Part shown: positions 57,601-64,000 of the stretch, piece by piece
How positions within the stretch are numbered: the first letter of the stretch is position 1
Layout of the letters: every line of letters starts with the position of its first letter
Assembly (NCBI RefSeq): GCF_006345805.1
Contig: NC_043000.1
Span: forward strand, 110,980,001-111,044,000
Direction: 5' to 3'
Origin: Octopus sinensis
Taxonomy: Eukaryota
DNA: 64,000 nt
Notes under the pieces: model-generated
The model's database searches: none
What the model saw: only the letters and a program-made list of their open reading frames with translations
What the model was told of the DNA's origin: nothing
Position numbers and translations under genes: made by a program

Positions 57601-58442
57601 CCCTGCCAAAAGAAGGTGAAATCCTGTTCTTTGAGCTTGCCGTTTGAGGGAAGTCTTGTCTCCTGTAGCCCAGCAATGTCTATATTAAGCCTCTTTAGTT
57701 CACGGTCAATGATGGCCGTTTTCCTTGTGTCTTCAACCCTGAGTAGATCATCAGATATTCCAGGGTACATGGTCCTGACATTCCAGCTTGCCAACCGCAG
57801 GACTGGTGGTTTCTTGTCTTTTAGATGTTTGCCTGGTGCAGAGGTTGCAGGCCACTTTTCAAGTCATACTCTTAGCTCCAAGCACCCAATGAAGCAGGCG
57901 GCCTGTGGCGGGTCAGCACCTTATTAACTGGGGGCTGCCCAGCTTGAGGTGGGCAGTAGCTAACCAATAGGACACGGAGGTCCCTCCCACCGTCAGAGGT
58001 AACCCGTAGCGCCCATATTTTACGCCAATCTGAATGGACTTATCACTCGTGACTGTTACCTCCCGTGTTGTTTCTGCAGCTTTTTACAGCAGCACTGAAG
58101 TGTCCTCTCCAGTTTTGCACAGGCCTGGGCTAGAGATAAGAAAGTCCTGGGTAGCCCAATCGTCAAGTTTCCTCTCTCGACCTTGCTGATGTAGTCCAAA
58201 GGAGTGCAGAGCATTACGTTTGGCACCAGCTTGGTTGCAGGAGCTGCCGGAAGAGTGTCGAGTCGAACACTAAACCGCCTTCGGGGCTTCACTCCGGATT
58301 TCTTTGAAGGTTGTCTCCTTTCCGTAACCCTGGAAAGGGGCCCATACCGGTTGCTGTCAGCCGGAGCCAGCTGAGCCCGGAACTCGTGTCAGGCAGGGTC
58401 GTCACTCCCTGAAGTAGTGAAGAAGTTCGCTACCCGCTACCC
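54649..58442 (-). mobile_element. Apparently full-length RTE-clade LINE (APE endonuclease + RT), frameshifted
   Basis: ASWNVRTM, IAGLQETR, LLGDFNARVG, DTDHSL (APE); FIDLTKAFDSV, MLFADDAAL, FTYLGS (RT); ~580 bp 5' UTR; (CAA)n tail; (TA)n on both flanks. Confidence 0.95.
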
Positions 58443-58733
58443 ATATATATATATATATACTACATTAGATATATATATGTATGTATGTATGCATGTATAT
58501 ATATTTTTTATTTATGCGCCCTTTTCAAGCCTAGCCAGGCTCATGGGCCCGGTTTCCCGGTTTCTATGCCGTATGTGTTCCCCACCCCCAGCTGGACGGG
58601 ACGCCAGTCCATCACGGCGTTACTCAAGAAGCAGGAAGAAAGAGTGAAAGAAAGTTGAGACGAAAGAGTATTTGAAAATACCAAGTACCACTAGAAAGTA
58701 CCAACGACTTTCATATTCAAGGAATGTATTCTA

Positions 58734-58790
<57 letters not shown>

Positions 58791-59985
58791 CACACACACA
58801 TGCACACTTCTAATAAGGTTAGTCAGAAACAGGTGAAGCAATTGTTTCTTTGTCTATTTACAGGTGCAGAGAGTCTTCTAAATTTCCAAGGACGTTCGAT
58901 CCGTTTGATATAAATAAATCTATTTCAAATTACACACCTTCTTTCTTAGGAAACGAAGACATTGTATGATGCATTCCAAGATTATAAATAAGTCTAAAAG
59001 GTAAACACTGCTTAAACATGGGTTTCAATTGTAAGTCCGCTTCTTCAGGGATGGCTATGGACTAAAGCAAAAAATACCAGCCAGACAAACGGCAAAGATA
59101 CTAGCAACAATCAACATCATCAATGCATCCAGATACCTTATTACCAATACAACCACCACCACCGCCTCCACTTCCCCTGTTACCATTATCCCCGTCACCA
59201 CCGCCAATGCCGCCACCATTGCTGCTGCGGCCGTCACTTTATGACGTCAGTCCACCATGCATAATTAATCATCTCCACTGACCAGAGCAACATTTCATTG
59301 CCAATATCATGGGGTTGATGTAACACACACACACACACACACACACATACACACACACACATACACACTCACGAACACATACATCCCAATAGACACACGC
59401 ACAACAGAACACAATCACACGCTTATTCACATATATGCGTACACAAGCACACATACACAACATATACCCACACAACCACACACTAATACACTTACTAACA
59501 CACACACACACCCTACACGACACATCTACACACACGTACAGCTCAACATGTCCGCCGATGTTTCCTCCCAGTCACGTCCCTATGGATTGTTCTCACTCCA
59601 ACATGATCAGGCAGATTTGCATATCGACATAGTGCAGTTACTAAGTAGAATACTAACTCCGGCTCTATCAATTGATAATGAGACTGATCGGGACATAATT
59701 ATATCGATAGATATCAACGACACAGATTAACATCTATGATGCAATGTGGAGTGTAAAACAGCTCTGGGGATAGGGTAACTAGCAGGAAATACGAGGTGAA
59801 TGGCATTGTGGCCAGGGAGGAGGGTGCTAGTAACGTAGTAAGTGCCGTTGAATGCTGGGTAAACGCAACTGAGAATGGGGTAAATGTAGGCTTTGTACTT
59901 TACAATACATTCTTTCTTAAACATGAAAAACGCTCTATAGCTATGATTAGTATTTTACTAAACTATATGTAGACTATGTGGGGTC

Positions 59986-60040
<55 letters not shown>

Positions 60041-60402
60041 CATATATATGCATATATATATATTCACATATAAATACACACATATATACATATAAATACA
60101 CACATATATACATATATATACATACACATATATATATATATACGTATACACACACATATATATACACATATATACATATACACATATGTATATATACATA
60201 TATATATGTAAATACATATATACATATATATATGTATATACAGGTATATACATATATACATATATACAGATATTTATTAATATGTCACATGTTTTTATAA
60301 ATCATATATTAGCGCTTGCGTCCACTTTAGTGGAGACTTCAATCTGAAGACTCCACTCAAGAGGATGCAAGAGCTAATACATGATTTATAAAAACATGTG
60401 AC

Positions 60403-60480
<78 letters not shown>

Positions 60481-61470
60481 GTGTTTCTTTATTGGCCACA
60501 CAGGGCTGAACACAGAGGGGACAAAATACAAAGTAGAGCTGTTCTTTTTGGGAAGAGAAGGAAATGAAAAAAAAGGAAACGGCAGGTAGAAATGCGATCA
60601 AAAGGGACCGTTAAAAAGTCGCCGATCAATAGGTATCGAGTATCACAGAAATGTCATAGTGTAAAAAGGGGAAACAGATTTGGTTTATCTGTGGAAAGAA
60701 AAGCCTTTGGAAAAAACCACGGTAACCTCGGGCAATAATGCCATGCAAAAAAAAACGCATTACAGTAAGTGACTCTCTTTTTTCCTTTCTTTTTCTGGTT
60801 CATAGGATTATGCTCAAGACAGTTTCGTCAATCACATGTGCCATCCTTGCTACATTCACCCATCTTTTTTTTTAAACATTCACTAGACAAAACTTCCCTC
60901 TCTACTCTCACCTTCGTCTTCAAGTGATACTTGAAGAAATTTATGAGAGATTGACGAAAGAGGAAAGTGTTTGTCCCTAGACCTTTCAGACGCGTCCACC
61001 ATACGTATTCTTTCGCCATAGCCAGAAGTACGATGAAAATGGCTCTTCCTTCCCGTTTCAAGGAAGGAGGCGCGACAATATTCACGATAGACTCGGTTGA
61101 TAAACTGACTCGTCTCACACGCAATAGCAGTCGTTCGACATGGCCGACAGGTCGGAAATAGTTGGACACTGTACGAGTGCGTGTAGAACGGTTTCGTCCC
61201 TCTGACCGTATCTCGGGCAGGTTGACCCCGTGTTTCTCGAGCCATGCCTGTAGAGCTTATTCCGAACGGATAGTGCTTCTCAATAGCACTGCCAGGCCAG
61301 GGATCTCTGGAAGTTGTCCATAGGTTCCGGCCCGAAAGTCGTCAGGTGAGTCAGGTATTCCTCGTCGACGCCCATGTTCGCCCCGAGATCGTCGTCGTAC
61401 CTCCCCTCCACCAATCCCCTATATAATGCTTTGGTTGTGTTGAAGTCGCTCAAGGTCGACCCGGGACGGC
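60481..61470 (-). mobile_element. 5'-truncated Tx1/L1-clade LINE, 3' end
   Basis: RSLAWQCY*EALSVRNKL...TCPRYGQRDETVLHALVQCP (zf-RVT-like), LAMAKEYVWWTR; 3' UTR abuts (GATA)n. Confidence 0.75.
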
Positions 61471-63460
61471 ATATATATATATACATATACATATACACAC
61501 ACACTAAGTATAACAGACGCAATAGAAAAGGTTCAAACCAAGCAGACTACGATTAACACACACATATACGGGTTTAATTAGGATAAAATAAGCATTGTCC
61601 AATCTGAAACATACATTGATATATTAGAAATATCAAAATATACGAATACTAAAAATATACTTGGACATATAGATATATGGATATGTAAGCACAATAATAA
61701 CAGAATATAGATAAAAATAGTGAAATATAGAAAAAAGACGTTTTAAAAATTTTTAAATATAATATAGAGACAGCAATGAGCATTAAACAGAGTTTTGGGT
61801 AACATGTTAGAGGAAAATAAGGTGTTCCAACGATCGTTTCAGGGGTCCATTGGTGCAGATTATATATGAATGTTAAGATTCATTTCCGTAGAATGCCTCC
61901 ATCATCAGGGGAAAATAGGGTTTACGCTAGATTTGGATTTAATCCTTTACCATGCATGAGATAATTTGATGCTTTATAGAAGAGCGGATAAAGCTATGTA
62001 AATTATAAAAGTTTTTTATGAGGGCTGATGGGAGAAAAATTGATTTACTGACTTTCTTAAAATTTATATTTATATCGGCGATATATTGTATATATGTGGA
62101 GGCGCGTGGCTTAGTGGTTAGGGTGTCAGCACCATGATCGTAAGATTGTGGTTTCTATTCCTGGACCGGGCGACGCGTTGCGTTCTTGAGCAAAACACTT
62201 CATATCACATTGCTCCAGTTCATTCAGCTGGCAAAAATGAGTAACACTGCAATGGACTGGCGTCCCGTCCATCTGGGTGGGGGGGACACATACGCCATTG
62301 AAACAGGGAAACCGGGCCCATGAGCCTGGCTAGGCTTTAAAAAGGGCGCATTTATTTATATATTATATTGTGTGTGTGTGTGTATATATATACCTACGCA
62401 CAACACATACTCAGTGACACGAGACTGGACAGAGAGCAGAGCCAAAATTCTTAGAAAACCACAGGAGGTCCAGTAGGCCAACGGAATAATAATAATACTT
62501 CTTCTTCCCTATCAGATACAAACGCACACACACACACACACACATACACACACACATACACACACACATACACATACACACATGTTTTCTCTGTCTCACT
62601 TCCTCCTCACCCTTTTATACTGTCTTATTCCTCCCCACCACTACTACGAAACTATAAAATGTTCAAATTACCCACAAGGAATTGATTTGATTTGAAAACC
62701 CCACTGGATTGGGAGAAAGCGCTAATCCGAATGATATGATATATATGTAAAAAATGTAATATATAAATAAATATCTATAAATATGAACCATCCGATCTGA
62801 TTACCTCATTTTTTCTAATATATATATTATATATATATATATATTTATATTGAACGAGAGGGAGCGAACAGTAGGAGAGAGTAAAGTACAGAAAGAAAGA
62901 TAAAACTGTTTAAATCAGATGATTTATCTTTTACTTGTTTCAGTCATTTGACTGCGGCCATGCTGGAGCACCGCCTTTGGAAGCCTAGTACTTATTTTAT
63001 CGGCTATTTTGCCGAACCGCTAAGTTACGGGGATGTAAACACACCAACATCGGTTGTCAAGCGATGTTGGGGGACAAACATATACAAACACACACGTATA
63101 TATATACATATATACAACGGGCTTCTTTCAGTTTCCGTCTACCAAATCCACTCACAAGGCTTTGGTCGGGCCGAGGCTATAGTAGAAGACACTTGCCCAA
63201 GGTGCCACGCAGTGGGAATGAACCCGGAACCATGTGGTTAGTAAGCAAGCTACTTACCACACAGCCACTCCTGCGCCTATTTATTTTTCATAGAGTCCCG
63301 ACAGTGTCGAATGGGAATATCTTAGCAGATTCACACAATCGTTTTGATTTTCGTTGTTCACCGTTAAGTCCTCGTATGACGATTTATCATTGTTTAAAAT
63401 GTTATCTAGCAAGAGATCTGTTAAATTTGTTCGGCAATTTCCTGTTAATCAAACTGTGTC

Positions 63461-63494
<34 letters not shown>

Positions 63495-63709
63495 CACACA
63501 TATTCGATTTCTGATTAGATATAGAATATTACATGGCAGATAAACATGACTCACACATTGTTAATTTCAAAAACAAAATCAGGCATACAGTGTTGTTAAG
63601 AAGTTTGTTTGGTAACCATGCGGTTTTCAGGTTCAGCCTTACTGCGCAGCACCTCGTGAAATTAGAAGATGGTATCTGTGAAACACAGTCGTGTGTGTGT
63701 GTGTGTGTG

Positions 63710-63755
<46 letters not shown>

Positions 63756-64000
63756 TCTCTCTTTTACTCTTTTACTTGTTTCAGTCATTTGACTGCGGCC
63801 ATGCTGGAGCACCGCCTTTAATCGAGCAACTCGATCCCGGGACTTATTCTTTTTTGTAAGCCCAGTACTTATTCTATCGGTCTCTTTTGCCGAAGCGCTA
63901 AGTGACGGGGACGTAAACACACCAGCATCGGTTGTCAAGCAATGCTAGAGGGACAAACACAGGCACACAAACACACATACATATATATATATACATATAT

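Noticed and set aside
57850-58020. HDV-like ribozyme in the RTE 5' UTR
   Set aside because: Partial cues (GCTAA, GGACCTCCGTGTCC) are present, but I could not assemble a consistent double pseudoknot by eye; left as a test, not a feature.
59055-59237. Hydrophobic 60 aa ORF as a membrane protein
   Set aside because: Derived from degenerate (CCA/GCC)n trinucleotide sequence.

Overview
Repeat-dense, AT-rich eukaryotic DNA. The SINE, microsatellite and LINE content points to an octopus (coleoid cephalopod) genome; this is an inference. One protein-coding gene dominates: a + strand GH20 beta-N-acetylhexosaminidase (HEXA/HEXB-like), which I reconstructed as 13 GT-AG exons from ~4021 to 48195 (~587 aa, open frame across all junctions). 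It has an HLGMDE active-site variant and an unusual hydrophobic, GPI-signal-like C-terminal extension. Introns and flanks hold three tRNA-derived SINE families, Tc1/mariner, Helitron, Merlin-like and Sola3-like remnants, R4/Dong, RTE (one full-length, frameshifted), CR1/L2-group and Tx1/L1 LINE pieces, and Penelope-like remnants. The most unusual signals are: (1) several Penelope-type hammerhead ribozyme motifs, one with an intact core on the sense strand of intron 6; (2) a palindromic tRNA-headed, hammerhead-bearing element; (3) two SINE 3' tails that match LINE 3' ends in the same window; (4) a ~550 bp (AAT)n-targeted non-coding retroposon; (5) a tRNA-Arg/LINE-tail chimera. Most ORFs in the supplied track are microsatellite or SINE artefacts. 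Family names were assigned from motif recognition, not database searches.
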